Source of the DNA: Eledone cirrhosa
Taxonomy: Eukaryota
Assembly: GCA_964016885.1 (NCBI GenBank)
Contig: OZ024745.1
Span: 58,714,001 to 58,778,000 of the forward strand
Length of the DNA: 64,000 nucleotides
Direction of reading: 5' to 3'
In this document: one piece after another, positions 28,497 to 43,322 of the stretch
How the letters are laid out: each line of letters opens with the position of its first letter
How positions within the stretch are numbered: position 1 is the first letter of the stretch
Notes under the pieces: model-generated
Databases searched by the model: none
Told to the model about the DNA's origin: nothing
What the model saw: only the letters and a program-made list of their open reading frames with translations
Translations under genes and position numbers: made by a program

Positions 28497-29211
28497 TGAA
28501 ACAAAATGAAAACGAAATTTCATTTCTCACTCTTAGTATGGCACTTACTTAAATGTAAGTATGCATGTATACGTACATACATATATGTATACAGACGTAC
28601 AGTAGCATGCACATATATATATATATATACATATATATATACATATGCATACAGGTACACATACATATATGCACGTATCAGTTTAGCGGCGCTAACGTCG
28701 CTTTGTTCGTTTGTAAACAAACTGAACAGCCTGAATTTATGCCATACGGTGTTAAGGCAACCACGTCACCTTTTTGTTCAACACTGACACAGGAACGATG
28801 TACTAGTTTCAAGCTTGTTAGCTATCATCAGCACCGTTTACCCATCTGCCAGATAGTTGAACGTTCGAAAGTATATACTTTCCTTATGAAAATTAACGGC
28901 TGAGTTCAACTATCTGGCAGATGGGTAAACGGTGCTGATGATAGCTAACAAGCTTGAAACTAGTACATCGTTCCTGTGTCAGTGTTGAACAAAAAGGTGA
29001 CGTGGTTGCCTTAACACCGTATGGCATAAATTCAGGCTGTTCGGTTTGTTTACAAACGAACAAAGCGACGTTAGCGCCGCTAAACTGATACGTGCATATA
29101 TGTATGTGTACCTGTATGCATATGTATATATATATGTATATATATATATATATGTGCATGCTACTGTACGTCTGTATACATATATGTATGTACGTATACA
29201 TGCATACTTAC

Positions 29212-29216
<5 letters not shown>
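28493..29216 (-). mobile_element. Family B fold-back element, copy 2, with hammerheads in both arms
   Basis: Arms about 28550-28862 and 28904-29216, tail 28493-28549, (TA)n on both sides. Confidence 0.9.
28928..28972 (+). ncRNA. Minimal type I hammerhead ribozyme (mirror copy about 28794-28838, minus strand)
   Basis: AACGGTG-CTGATGA-T-AGCT-AACA-AGCT-T-GAAA-CTAG-TA|CATCGTT: 7-bp stem I, palindromic stem III ACTAGT, predicted cleavage after A28965. Confidence 0.85.
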
Positions 29217-29269
<53 letters not shown>

Positions 29270-29299
29270 ATAGATAGATAGATACATACATATATATAT

Positions 29300-29477
29300 A
29301 TCAGATAGGGTTTGGTAAAAACCATCTAGACCATAACCCACCAGAGTACTCGATACTTGGGGTACTAGATTGGGTAATATGAAAAGGTTCAGGACCCCGA
29401 TGGCTGAGGGCCGGCCGTGTCGACAGCTAGATCCGAACTAAGGCGGCTTTAGTTTGGATCTAGCTGTCGAAACGGCT
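29300..29477 (-). mobile_element. Diverged family C member ending in a long hairpin
   Basis: Tail homologous to 30551-30655; hairpin GACAGCTAGATCCGAACTAAGG/CTTTAGTTTGGATCTAGCTGTC followed by GAAACGGC. Confidence 0.7.
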
Positions 29478-30145
<668 letters not shown>

Positions 30146-30516
30146 TATATATATATATATATATGACTACAAGAATTTCTGCAACACGAATTGGCGCGAA
30201 ATTTATAGTACACATTCAACAACCAACCAAATCTTAATACCTCTGGAACCACTTTTTTCACATAAAACAGGAAGAATTTCCAAAACTGATCAGATTAGAG
30301 CAAACATCACGAGCGCTCTATCTCAAAATTATTTTTGAAAAGCATAAGAAATGCGCAACCGGTAAAAACTTAAAACTAAAACTGAATACTAACTAATACT
30401 TATTACTAATTTATACTTATTCCTAATTGAACTATTTTTCACTGGGAAAAATTTGTCAGCATTTTCTTTTCCTTTTACTAATATATCACAAATCGTGTGT
30501 TACACCTCTATTTTTT

Positions 30517-30548
<32 letters not shown>

Positions 30549-30551
<3 letters not shown>

Positions 30552-30745
30552 CGAAGGAAATGTGGTAAGGAACCAGGTGGACCATAACGCACCAAAGTAC
30601 TCATTACTTAGGGTAGTAGAGTGGGTAATAGGAACGAGTAGGACCCCGACGGCTGAGCTCAAGCCGTTTCGACGGCTAATTCTGGATAGTCCAGAATTAG
30701 CCGTCGAAACGGCTTGAGCTCAGCCGTCGGGGTCCTACTCGTTCC
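30549..30745 (-). mobile_element. Family C fold-back element
   Basis: Perfect palindrome 30631-30745 with 3-nt loop at 30687-30689, tail 30549-30630, (TA)n on both sides. Further family C pieces at 31163-31240 and 43062-43150. Confidence 0.88.
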
Positions 30746-30811
<66 letters not shown>

Positions 30812-31051
30812 GTTATCAGTTCGTATACAATAGGGAGAGACGATTATTGACATGTCTGCAATGTCTCTTCGTCTGAGACTGAGAAAATAAACGTTCTATG
30901 ATATATTCCTCATTTCCCCGCGGCATACCAACTCAAACAAACTCACGAACTTCAATGCATAAGTTTTGTCGTTGCGAACCCAGCTATCAATTGTTTCAGA
31001 CTTGGTATCCTCAACGTCTGTTTGCATGTAAATAAATAAATAAATGAATAA

Positions 31052-31165
<114 letters not shown>

Positions 31166-31306
31166 GAGTAGGACCCCGACGGCTGAGCTCAAGCCGTTTC
31201 GACGGATAATTATGGTTCCTTACCACATTTCCTTCGTTATATGTATATATATATATACATATATATACATATATATATATACATATATATATATACATAT
31301 GTATAT

Positions 31307-31341
<35 letters not shown>

Positions 31342-31354
31342 CATATATATATAC

Positions 31355-31387
<33 letters not shown>

Positions 31388-31388
<1 letters not shown>

Positions 31389-31750
31389 TTCGTTTCTGAA
31401 TTTGTTTAGCAAGATTCTTTATCTGAAATCGTGTGTTGAAACCGATATTGTTATACTTTGGGAGGGTCATGTTGCCAAAATGGCGTAGGATAGAAGAAAG
31501 GAAAGGCACAGAAACGAAGAAAGGATTCCCCAGTCACTGAAGAGGTCACAGAGTGTGTGACGAAAGGACTATGACTATATATATAAACAACTATCTGGTT
31601 GTGGAACCAACCAACCAACCAGAAATTTATAAGTTTGTAGATTTGTAAATTTGTAAATTTATAAATTTATAAATATATAATAAATTGAAGTGAAAGCAAC
31701 TGGTGCGTGTGTTTCTTATTGGCAACATGACCCTCCCAAAGTATAACAAT
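31388..31750 (+). mobile_element. Family D pLTR element, copy 1
   Basis: Minus-strand tail plus end (31388-31478) joined to a plus-strand pLTR (31477-31750). Near-identical to 49503-50050; mini copy at 16260-16304. Confidence 0.88.
31532..31576 (+). ncRNA. Minimal type I hammerhead ribozyme (intact copy also about 49734-49778, minus strand)
   Basis: AGTCA-CTGAAGA-G-GTCACA-GAGTG-TGTGAC-GAAA-GGAC-TA|TGACT: perfect 5-bp stem I, 6-bp stem II. Confidence 0.85.
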
Positions 31751-31816
31751 ATATATATATACATATATATATATACATATATATATATACATATATATAT
31801 ACATATATATGTATAC

Positions 31817-31865
<49 letters not shown>

Positions 31866-31906
31866 CATATATATATACATATATATATATACATATATAT
31901 ATATAC

Positions 31907-31937
<31 letters not shown>

Positions 31938-31945
31938 CATATATC

Positions 31946-31986
<41 letters not shown>

Positions 31987-32018
31987 CATATATATTACAT
32001 ATATATATATATATATAC

Positions 32019-32069
<51 letters not shown>

Positions 32070-32075
32070 TATATA

Positions 32076-32181
<106 letters not shown>

Positions 32182-33339
32182 ATATATATATTACTAAAAG
32201 AGTAAAAGAGTATATATATATATACCGAAAAAATGTTAAGACTCCCTTTCGGCTATTTCAAACGTTAAACTAATATATTTCTTCTATGTACTGTGCCGTT
32301 TGTTTTGTTATTTTTGTTACCTTTACACACACACACACACATATATATATAAGAACACGGTTCTTATACATTTGATATATATTTATCCTTATCGAGCCCT
32401 CTTTGGATTTTAGTCTTCAAATTTATTATTATTACTATATGAAAAATATGGGGAGAAGAATACTGCATGGTTGCACATGGATTACATGTTATAAAATGAG
32501 TCCCTCATATATATATATAATCATAACAGATGAAAATTACTTCTAAGTTTCGCCTTGCTTTCTTGTTCCTGCTGTGTTGAGTTCTGCATTAGAGAAAGTT
32601 TTACAGCTGTGTCATATATACTCATTTATATATTATATGATCAATCTTTGTTAATTATTTATAATCTGGACAACAACTTGTAAATTTTATGTTGTTATTT
32701 CTATTCAGTATTTTTACCATTGCTTAATCTCATAAATCTTTTGAAGAATCTTTAAATATTAACAATGTCAACTGTTGTTTCTACAGCTCTCTAGTAAAAA
32801 CAAACAAAAATGGATAATACTGTTTGATATGTAGAAGAAATTAGAATTATGTATTTAGCCACCTACACGTTGATTACTTATTGTGAATGCAGAGCGTCAG
32901 TACTTTCCTAGGACCCTACTTTCCCCTAAACTAAACATTCACCAATCCTATATTAGGAGTAAGCTAGCCAACCTACAGATAATATCGAACGGCAGACAAG
33001 TGGTATGGATTATATATCTACCTATAACAAGAAGGACAAAACATAGTCATTTTAGAAACAAGAAACAAAAAAAAACAACCGTCAGCCACATATTGATATC
33101 ACTTTGGGACGAAGCCTTTTCCATAGCAATGACCAGCTGATAACATTAAACATAATAGTGTGATAACCCCCAATTTTAATAATCATAACTGGCTGATGTC
33201 ATTGCTATTACCATAGTAAGCGACCTTCCACTGTATGCACTGTATTGGCAATCGTTATAGATATATACATGTATGTATGCATCCCTGTCTGTCTGTATGT
33301 ATCTCTCTCTCGCTCTCTCTCTCTCTCCCCCCTTCCCCC

Positions 33340-33404
<65 letters not shown>

Positions 33405-33406
<2 letters not shown>

Positions 33407-33514
33407 CACTTCGTATTTTATCTGATGAAAGCGTACCAAAGTTTTGGTACCCTTGAAATATATATAATAGAATAAATACGGTTTTATAAATATAGTTTCC
33501 ATTTATTTAATATC

Positions 33515-33518
<4 letters not shown>
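33405..33518 (+). mobile_element. Family G pLTR fragment with hammerhead-like core
   Basis: CTGATGA-AAG-C-GTACCAAA-GT-TTTGGTAC-C-CTT-GAAA; downstream sequence matches 41955-42013. Confidence 0.75.
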
Positions 33519-33603
<85 letters not shown>

Positions 33604-33849
33604 TTGTATCTATATATATATCATTCATTTAAATTATTGACGTATTGTTTTATTGATATTTTTTATCTGTTTGGCCCGAATCTTCCTTTATCGATTTTAA
33701 ATCGTATGGTTGATTGTAGACTTGTTCTATATGTGACGGTATTTTAACGATAGTTATAGCTCTGATTCATCTGAATCATTGAGCCCTCTGCCGCTCATAT
33801 CGAATTTCGTTTTTCGTGAACTCGTGCGCCGATTTTTCGATACTCGATC

Positions 33850-33976
<127 letters not shown>

Positions 33977-34084
33977 AGTGATAGAGAGATATGGTGATGC
34001 ATCCAACAAAATCATCACGAGAGAGTGAGAAAAACATGAAGAGAAAGGAATATATATGTGTGTGTGTGTGTATTTGTGTGTATG

Positions 34085-34148
<64 letters not shown>

Positions 34149-34189
34149 TTTATATATATATACATGTATATATATATATATACAATTAT

Positions 34190-34220
<31 letters not shown>

Positions 34221-35232
34221 CATATATATACATGTATATATATATATATACATATATATATATGTATATATGTATATATCTATATATGTATATATCTATA
34301 TATCTATATATCTATCTATCTATCTATCTATCTATATATATATAGATATATACGGGAGGAAGCAATGTATACAGAATCACACAACCACCATGCTGATTTA
34401 TTAGATATTGATATGCTTTGCTTGTCACAACCATCTGCGTTTATTAAAGCCACGTTACCACGCAGTAACATAATATTAATCATACGTATATTGCCAGACT
34501 GAGGAATGCTGTCACTAGCTTTTGCGTGGTTGTGTGTATAGTTCAATGTCTGTACACGAATATGTGTGTGTGTGATAAGTAGTGTACTTGGGTTCTTCTG
34601 TGTGCGTTCATGTATGTGCATTGTGATAGGAAAGCATACCATACGAAAGAACATGATGAACCATACTAATTTCTCAAGATTGTCGCCTCATATAATACCT
34701 TAATAGTAAACGTAACTACTGATATTTCGATATTACGATGCATTGAAGTTCTCTACGTTGTCGTCGTCCTGCAAAATGGTCGTAATAACAATCCAATCTT
34801 CTTCATGTCACACCCTATCAATAACGTGCTTTTAGACACACTAGGCATGACAAAATAACAAATAGGATAGTCAAATCTGGAATCATTTTGATCATTGTAT
34901 GTTTGAGTATGGTTGACCTGGATCTAAATAACAATAATCATTGATATTTCAACGGTCTCCTCCTGTCCTGCTGGTTCTGCCTTCTTCTCTCTTCCGCGTT
35001 CTTCTCTCTTTATCTTTAGTTTTCGTAAGACGGCGTTGGATGCACCTCGTTACGTTATGACTTCAAATGATGCCAACGTCGTTTTTGACTTTCGTCCTTC
35101 TGGGGTTCATAAAACGAAGACTCGGTTAAATACGCAGGTCGATTTAATCCACTAACATCATCTTTACCAAATCATCCGGAGAATGTGTTAGAAATTATAT
35201 TTTGGTCTTAACGTGGTGCTACCTGTGAAATA

Positions 35233-35510
35233 GGCGGTGAATTGGCAGAGTCGTTAGAACGACGGAAAGAATGTTTTATAGTATTCGTTCGGTCTCTCTT
35301 CTTTCTGAGTTCAAATCCCACCGAGGTCAACTTTGCCTTTCATCCTTTCGAGATCGATAAAAAAAAGTACCAGTCTAGTACTGGGGTCGAGTCTTCCTTC
35401 CTCTGGAATAAATTTGCTGTACTCATGCCTGGCGAGAGATGGCTAGAGAGGGATGGCCTAAAATGGCCAGGAAACGCCGTATGTCAATACGGCACCCCTA
35501 CTGGACCATA
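35233..35510 (+). mobile_element. SINE of major family with alternative 3' tail
   Basis: GGCGGTGAATTGGCAGAGTCGTTAGA head, GAGTTCAAATCCC B-box, core, then the alternative tail. Confidence 0.8.
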
Positions 35511-35889
35511 CATATGTTTAATAGATTATTTCTGTTTAATGTCATGATGTTAGTGAATCACGTAAACGATCTTAAGGTTCCTCTTCTTCATATTCGTTTA
35601 ACAATTACATGAAACACAGAGATATCATTTGTTAGTATATGATGTAAGTTAGGTACAAGACCAACAAATCTATTGGAAGGGCAAAGTTAATTAAATCAAG
35701 CCCAGTATTTGACTGATATTTAATCGACCCCCGGAGGAAGAAATGCAAAACTGACCATGGTGAGATTTGAACTCAGAATGTAATGAACTAGAATACATAC
35801 CGCAATGGCATTTTATTCGACGCTCTACCAATTTTGCCAATTCACCGCGTTATATATTAAGTGAAATGCGTTTTTTTTTTTTTTTAAGC

Positions 35890-36119
35890 TGATAATAATG
35901 GTGGAGGTGGGGATTGTGATGATTGTTGTGATGTGTTGAGAAGGTTATTGCTGCTTGTTAATATCGTCTGTTGACGTGCACGGGATGATGACGTCGACGA
36001 TGACGACAACAATGATGATGGTGATGTTGATGATGATGATAATGATAATGATGATGATGATGATGATGGTGGTGGTGATGACGACAACTGATGATGATAA
36101 TGATGATGATGATGACAAC

Positions 36120-36158
<39 letters not shown>

Positions 36159-36600
36159 CGACAACTGATGGTGATGATGACTGATGATGATGATGATGAT
36201 GATGATGATGACGACGACGACGACGACAACTGATGATAGTGATGATGACGATGATGATGATTATGGTGTCGTAATACTACTTGACGCTGTGACAATGGTT
36301 ATATTGATGATGGTGATGATGCGATATTTGTAATAGTGATATTGATGACAATAATTATAGCGAAAGTGATTATGGTTATGCTGATTGTGATGATGTGATG
36401 ATATATGTGATTGTGATATTGATAATGACAATCAAATTGATGACCGTGATGATATTGATGATGGTGATAATTCTGCTGCAGATGATAACATGATATTGGT
36501 CCTGTTGATAGCCATGCTAATGACAATGGAGGTAGAAGCGGTGATGGTGGCGATGATAATGATGACGATAATGATGATAATGACAATGAAGCTGACGAGA
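35890..36600. repeat. Degenerate (GAT)n/(GAC)n low-complexity tract
   Basis: Directly visible; explains the poly-S, poly-H and poly-I ORFs. Confidence 0.9.
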
Positions 36601-36891
36601 ATGTTTTAAATGACTGCTATATTTGCGGGGGTTGTTTACGTTAGAAGCTTCATGTTGTTGATGATGCTGTTGTGTTTGGGGCTAGGGAGGGAGGGGATAA
36701 GAAGCACACATAGTAAAATAGTGGCCAGATATTTTATTCCAAGGCAGGGAATGCGTAAATTCAATCCCAGCTGTGAGGAAATAATCGATGAAATAACAAT
36801 TTATTTAAGATGGAGTGGCGTCGTTGTCATAGAAAAAGAAAATGAAATCATGAAGGACATAAAATAAATAGCCAAATAATGATAATAACAA

Positions 36892-36957
<66 letters not shown>

Positions 36958-37251
36958 AAGTAGTAGTAGTATAGAAATGGCGAGAAAAGGATAAGATAAG
37001 ATGTGAAGGAGAAATTTTTTTTTAAATAGTAGAGAATGATATAATGTGTGTGTATTCTTTCTTTCAGAAGATCCCGTTAAGGGTGAAAGCAGCGATTCTT
37101 TGCTTAAACTTGAATCTGTTATTTTAATAAATAAATGTATATATATATATATATATATAATTGTTTCTACGTTAGGCACAAAGCCAGAAATTACCCAGTG
37201 CATTACTGGTATTTTATATATATAATAAAATGAGAAGAAGCACACGAGTTA

Positions 37252-37282
<31 letters not shown>

Positions 37283-37287
<5 letters not shown>

Positions 37288-39788
37288 ACGGAGAAAAAGA
37301 CGATTATTAGGAAGAAAAACATTTTTTTTCTCTTTTTATTTTTTTCTCTCTTTTTTCTGGGTTAGAAAATGATTAAAACGAAATATTTTACTTTGTGTCA
37401 AGTGTTAAGGTATTAGTTGATTTATTTATTAATTAACAATGGCATTTATTTATTTATTTATATATTTTATAATTGTCTATTACCGGTTTCAGCATTTTTA
37501 TGCATTATCAAATGATAATAATATGTATTGGTGTAGAATGGTGGTGTTGGACATGTTAAAGAAATCGTGTAGAAAGAATAATGTTATTTACAAACAAGGT
37601 TTATGAAGTGAAAAGAAAAAAGAAAAAAAACAGACGTAATAAGGCAATGTGAAAGAAAAAATAATGTTATTTACAGGCATAGTTCTTGAAGATAAGCAGA
37701 TCAAAATGTATTAATATAGCAAGAGTGCTTAGTTGATCCATGATGGATGCAAATGGTGGACTGGGGTTTGATATGATTTCCCTTTTTAGAGAGTTAATAT
37801 GCAGGAGGAGGTAATTCATGCTGGATGATATTTAATTTATTTAAGAAAAAGGATTAGGTAGGGTGTGAGGGAGGTAACTCTTTAGAGAGACATAGGTATT
37901 TGTAAATGTTTGATTGTTCGTTCCAGTTTTAGTTTAGTCCGAAGTTTAATGCATTAAGTAGAGATTGGAATTTGTTAATGAAATACGTTTCCTTATTGGT
38001 ACGATGGATGAAAGTAGCGTTGTCTATGAATTTGTAAATGGGGAAAATTTTAAAGTTTGGATGTTGATTTGTGTGTTTTTTAATTCTTCTAGTCGTGTGT
38101 AGCATGTGTATTTATCTGAAACTATTATGCAGATCCTTCTGGCTAGGTTATAAGGAATTGCCATTTTGGTGTGTGTCTAGGGTGGCACGAGTTGAATGGA
38201 AGGTATTGTTTGGAGTCTGTGGGTTTGTAGTATATGTCTGTTTCTATTTTGTTGTTTGTTTTCTTGATGAGTATGTCGAGGAAAAGGAGTTGTTCATAGC
38301 TGTAATCCATTGTGAATCGTAAGTTTGTGTTGAGTCCATTCAGAAGGGTTTTAAACTAAAGTTTCAGATAAATACACATGCTACACACGCCTAGAAGAAT
38401 TAAAAAACACACTTATCAGCAGAAACTACCCACCATCCCTAATCAACAATGGATTCCAACGTGCCCTAAAACTCGACATCCAGGAACTCAGACACCCCAA
38501 ACCCAGGAATGAACCACAACAGAAAACTCTACCATACATCTCCACACACAACCCCCTCAACAATGAGGCATTCGACACCATCCTCCAGAACATTCCTTTA
38601 CTAAAAAGAGACCCAAGAATGAACAAAATCCTCCAAACACACAACATCATAAAGAGCAAAAGACAACCCAAATCCATAAAAAACATCCTCACACAAGCCA
38701 AAATCCAACAAACCCTCACAATGAACCCTACAGTAACAAAATGCGGAAGGCCCAACTGTGGCATATGCATAAATCTAATAGAAGTTCAACATTCCATTTT
38801 AAACAAGGACATTTCACAGTTAAACACAACTTTACATGTGCATCTGAAAACCTAATCTATGTTTTACTTGCTCAGGTTGTTAGAGCACTACATAGGACAG
38901 ACAGAAACAGCCTCTGACAACGTATGACCGTCCATAAATCACAAATTAAAATACACGAATACAGAAAGATTGCGTTTAGTGAACACATCGCCAATTGTGC
39001 ACCCAACCAACATCCAAACTTTAAAATTTTCCCCATTTACAAATTCATAGACAACGCTACTTTCATCCATCGTACCAATACGGAAACATATTTCATTAAC
39101 AAATTCCAATCTCTACTTAATGCATTAAACTTCGGACTAAACTAAAACTGGAACGAACAATCAAACATTTACAAATACCTATGTCTCTCTAAAGAGTTAC
39201 CTCCCTCACACCCTACCTAATCCTTTTTCTTAAATAAATTAAATATCATCCAGCATGAATTACCTCCCCCTGCATATTAACTCTCTAAAAAGGGAAATCA
39301 TATCAAACCCCAGTCCACCATTTGCATCCATCATGGATCAACTAAGCACTCTTGCTATATTAATACATTTTGATCTGCTTATCTTCAAGAACTATGCCTG
39401 TAAATAACATTATTTTTTCTTTCACATTGCCTTATTACGTCTCTTTATTTCTTTTTTCTTTTCACTTCATAAACCTTGTTTGTAAATAACATTATTCTTT
39501 CTGCATCATTTCTTTAACATGTCCAACACCACCATTCTACATCAATACATATTATTATCATTTGATAATGCATAAAAATGCTGAAACCAGTAATAGACAA
39601 TTATTAAATATATAAATAAATAAATAAATAAATGCCATTGTTAATTAATAAATAAATCAACTAATACCTTAACACTTGACACAAAGTAAAATATTTCGTT
39701 TTAATCATTTTCTAACCCAGAAAAAAAGAGAGAAAAAATAAAAAGGGAAAAAATGTTTTTCTTCCTAATAATCGTCTTTTCTCCCTGT

Positions 39789-39794
<6 letters not shown>
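37283..39794 (+). mobile_element. Penelope-like element F (Neptune-like), rearranged, about 790-bp inverted arms
   Basis: 37283-38070 is the reverse complement of about 39005-39794. The plus strand encodes KSKRQPKSIKNIL, KCGRPNCGIC, NLIYV..CSGC..HYIGQT and RMTVHKSQI. Minus strand 38071-38345 encodes the RT thumb (FLDILI, DIYYKPTDSKQYL, SCHP.HTK.AIPY). Frameshifts and stops present. Confidence 0.9.
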
Positions 39795-39820
<26 letters not shown>

Positions 39821-39821
<1 letters not shown>

Positions 39822-42100
39822 CGATATTAAATAAATGGAAACTATATTTATAAAACCATATTTATTTCATTATATATATTTCAGGGATATCATATTAAAA
39901 ATATGTTATGCCTTCTTCAGACAAAATACAATATAAACAGTCTTATAAATAGATAGATTCGACATACCTTTCAACTTCGACTTCTATTTGAAAAGTTGAT
40001 TTGGTAGTGAAAAAATATTAGGGACAGTTATAAAAAGAAAGAAAGAAAAACGAAGAAAAAGAAGAAATGCATGCAACTAAATAGAGAGAGATAGATATAG
40101 AGAGATAGATATAGAGAAGAAATTCATGTAAAGAAACAGAGAGAGATATATAGAGAGAGGAAAAAAACACAGAGGGAGATAGATAGAGAGAGAGAGAGAG
40201 AAGAGAGGAGAGATGTTGGTTCCACCTCGACAGAATTTAAACTTCGCTATAATAACCACAAGAATTCTTTCACAGATCCAAGCAAAAAATCCTCAACATC
40301 ACTATCAGGCCTACTCTGGCAACTTAGGCATGATAACGTTGGATATTCAACGGCTTGGAATATAGTCTCAAGAGGGATTCCTTTTAATTCATCCTCTGAG
40401 ACATGTGACCTCTTCGCGGAGGAGATATTCTTTATACTAAAATCTAAAAATTCCCTTAATTTACGGACAAATTTATTCAGTTGCTTAAGACATAGATTGA
40501 ACTCAACTTTTAAATATAAATATAAATTTAAAATGTAGTATATTTAATTTGATTTATAATTATTTATGAAACTCGCCGATAAATCTTTCGATTCCTTTTT
40601 ATTTTAAACATTCTTCATGAATAATTAAACTACCCTAAAAGCTCCAAATATATCGAATAAATTTTACACCAGATAAACTTCTATATTAAATATAAGACCA
40701 TCTGTAGATCAAATGGGTATCCTAAACTTTTGGAATGTTTTCTGCTAGACAGGATTTGGTAAATAATTTTTGGTTTTGTTTGCTTTTGATTCTGATGCTT
40801 ATAACGAACCTGGCAATATATTGTCAATTAACTTTGAAGGGTTGATCTCTGTGGTTGATTTGCGGGGCATACTATGTTTTATTTTAATTTTAATATTTTT
40901 AATATTTTTAATATTTTTATTTTTAATATTTTTTGGATTTTTTGTTTTTTATTTACTTTTTGTTTCTGATATTTTTATTGATATATTGATATCTGTTCTC
41001 TATTTGTGCTTGAACGATAATCATGTAGAGTAAAGACATGAATAGTATTGTTAAAATTAATGTAGACTCCATATATATTTGTGTGTATGTACACATATAT
41101 GTATACTTAAATTTTTATAGCACAATGAGAATGTTTTCGTGTGAAATAGGAATTTGCAGAGCTGATCACGTAAATTCACATGGATGTATATAGTATAAAA
41201 TCTGGGATAACCTTCTATTTTATCTCAACTCTAATATAAACCTTGGAATTTTAAACTAGACATATGATCATTATTTTTCACACATTATTGATACGTGTCT
41301 CATTCATGAATACTGATATTTACATTATAATGCCTGTTTTATACGAATTGATATTTTTTACATTGATGAAATATTTTTTACATTGATGAAACATAGTGTT
41401 TTAATTCTGCCCCGTTTTTATCTGGATATTTTTCTTTTCTCTCTATGTAACGGCTGTTTTCTCTCTTAACCACATATATCTCTCTCTACATTAATACTAG
41501 AGCTAAATAAATAAATAAATAAATAAATAAATATATCATTGATACGTCATTCAACTTGTGCCCAACTACCTAGTTTCTTTCTCTCTATCTCTATCTATAT
41601 CTATCCCTCTATATTTTCTCTCTCTCTCTCCTCTCTTCTCTCTCTCTCTCTCTATCTATCTCCCTCTGTGTTTTTTTCCTCTCTCTATATATCTCTCTCT
41701 GTTTCTTTACATGAATTTCTTCTCTATATCTATCTCTCTATATCTATCTATCTCTATTTAGTTGCATGCATTTCTTCTTTTTCTTCGTTTTTCTTTCTTT
41801 CTTTTTATAACTGTCCCTAATATGTTTTCACTACCAAATCAACTTTTCAAATAGAAGTCGAAGTTGAAAGGTATGTCGAATCTATCTATTTATAAGACTG
41901 TTTATATTGTATTTTGTCTGAAGAAGGCATAACATTTTTAATATGATATCCCTGAAATATATATAATGAAATAAATATGGTTTTATAAATATAGTTTCCA
42001 TTTATTTAATATCGTAAATATACTCCAAATACTTGTTGAGTGCTTTTATATCAGTTATAAATATTTACTCGTTGTTAACCCAACAATTTAAATAAAACTT

Positions 42101-42103
<3 letters not shown>
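39821..42103 (+). mobile_element. Penelope-like element G (Nematis-like endonuclease), 5'-truncated, inverted pLTR plus tail
   Basis: 39821-40213 is the reverse complement of about 41622-42015; tail 42016-42103; (TA)n on both sides. Confidence 0.88.
40215..40538 (+). pseudogene. GIY-YIG endonuclease C-terminal half (absent from the ORF track, no start codon)
   Basis: Manual translation: VGSTSTEFKLRYNNHKNSFTDPSKKSSTSLSGLLWQLRHDNVGYSTAWNIVSRGIPFNSSSETCDLFAEEIFFILKSKNSLNLRTNLFSCLRHR..*. Confidence 0.85.
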
Positions 42104-42154
<51 letters not shown>

Positions 42155-42842
42155 GTATATATATATATATGGTTAAGATAATGGGTACTCAATACTATTG
42201 TGTATGTATGGACCCATGATGGCGTCTTAGGGACGCCGTTATGACACATAGCGTGTCTTGAACATTTTAAATCTGGCGGAGCTCATTCTCTCTCCAAGTC
42301 TAAACAGCCGTTTTCTTTCAGAGGGGGCGGGGGAGAAAGGAGAAGACAAAAAAAAGATATAGATGAGAAATCAACTCCATAACTGACTGGTTCTAATTTA
42401 TGGACCTTGAAATGATGAAAGACAACGTTTACCTCAGCGAGTTTTGAACTCAGAGCGCCGATGGGATGAATGCCACCAAGGATTCTCTCCAACCTTCTAA
42501 CAACTCTGTCAATACAACGCCATAGTAAAGGCTAATGTATATTTGTTTTATTAAGGTCAAGTTTGTGTCTCGTTATTCTGGAGTTTCACCTGTCTGCTCA
42601 CAGGTATATCGCTCTGAATGAACGCTCAAAACCCGTGAGTAGAGTATAAATTTCATTCTCTAAGTAGAAACGTGGCAGTCAGATTGAAGTTTCAGTTGGT
42701 AACTTTATCTAGCAGTCAGGTGAAGCGATTAAGCTGAAACACCGAAGACGCTGTAACATTTCTACTTAGTTAATAAAATAAAATTGAATTAGAAACTTTC
42801 GATGTACTTTTGTCTACTGCAGAAGATGGTCTAATAATAACA

Positions 42843-42881
<39 letters not shown>

Positions 42882-42914
42882 TATAAATATATATATATAT
42901 ATATAAATATAAAT

Positions 42915-42947
<33 letters not shown>

Positions 42948-42948
42948 A

Positions 42949-43064
<116 letters not shown>

Positions 43065-43148
43065 CGAAGGAAATGTGGTAAGGAACCAGATGGACCATAA
43101 CGCACCAAAGTACTCAATACTTAGGGTAGTAGAGGGGTCCTACTCGTT

Positions 43149-43322
<174 letters not shown>

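Noticed and set aside
35884-36600. His-, Ser- and Asp-rich protein-like ORFs
   Set aside because: Degenerate (GAT)n microsatellite with no splice or domain support.
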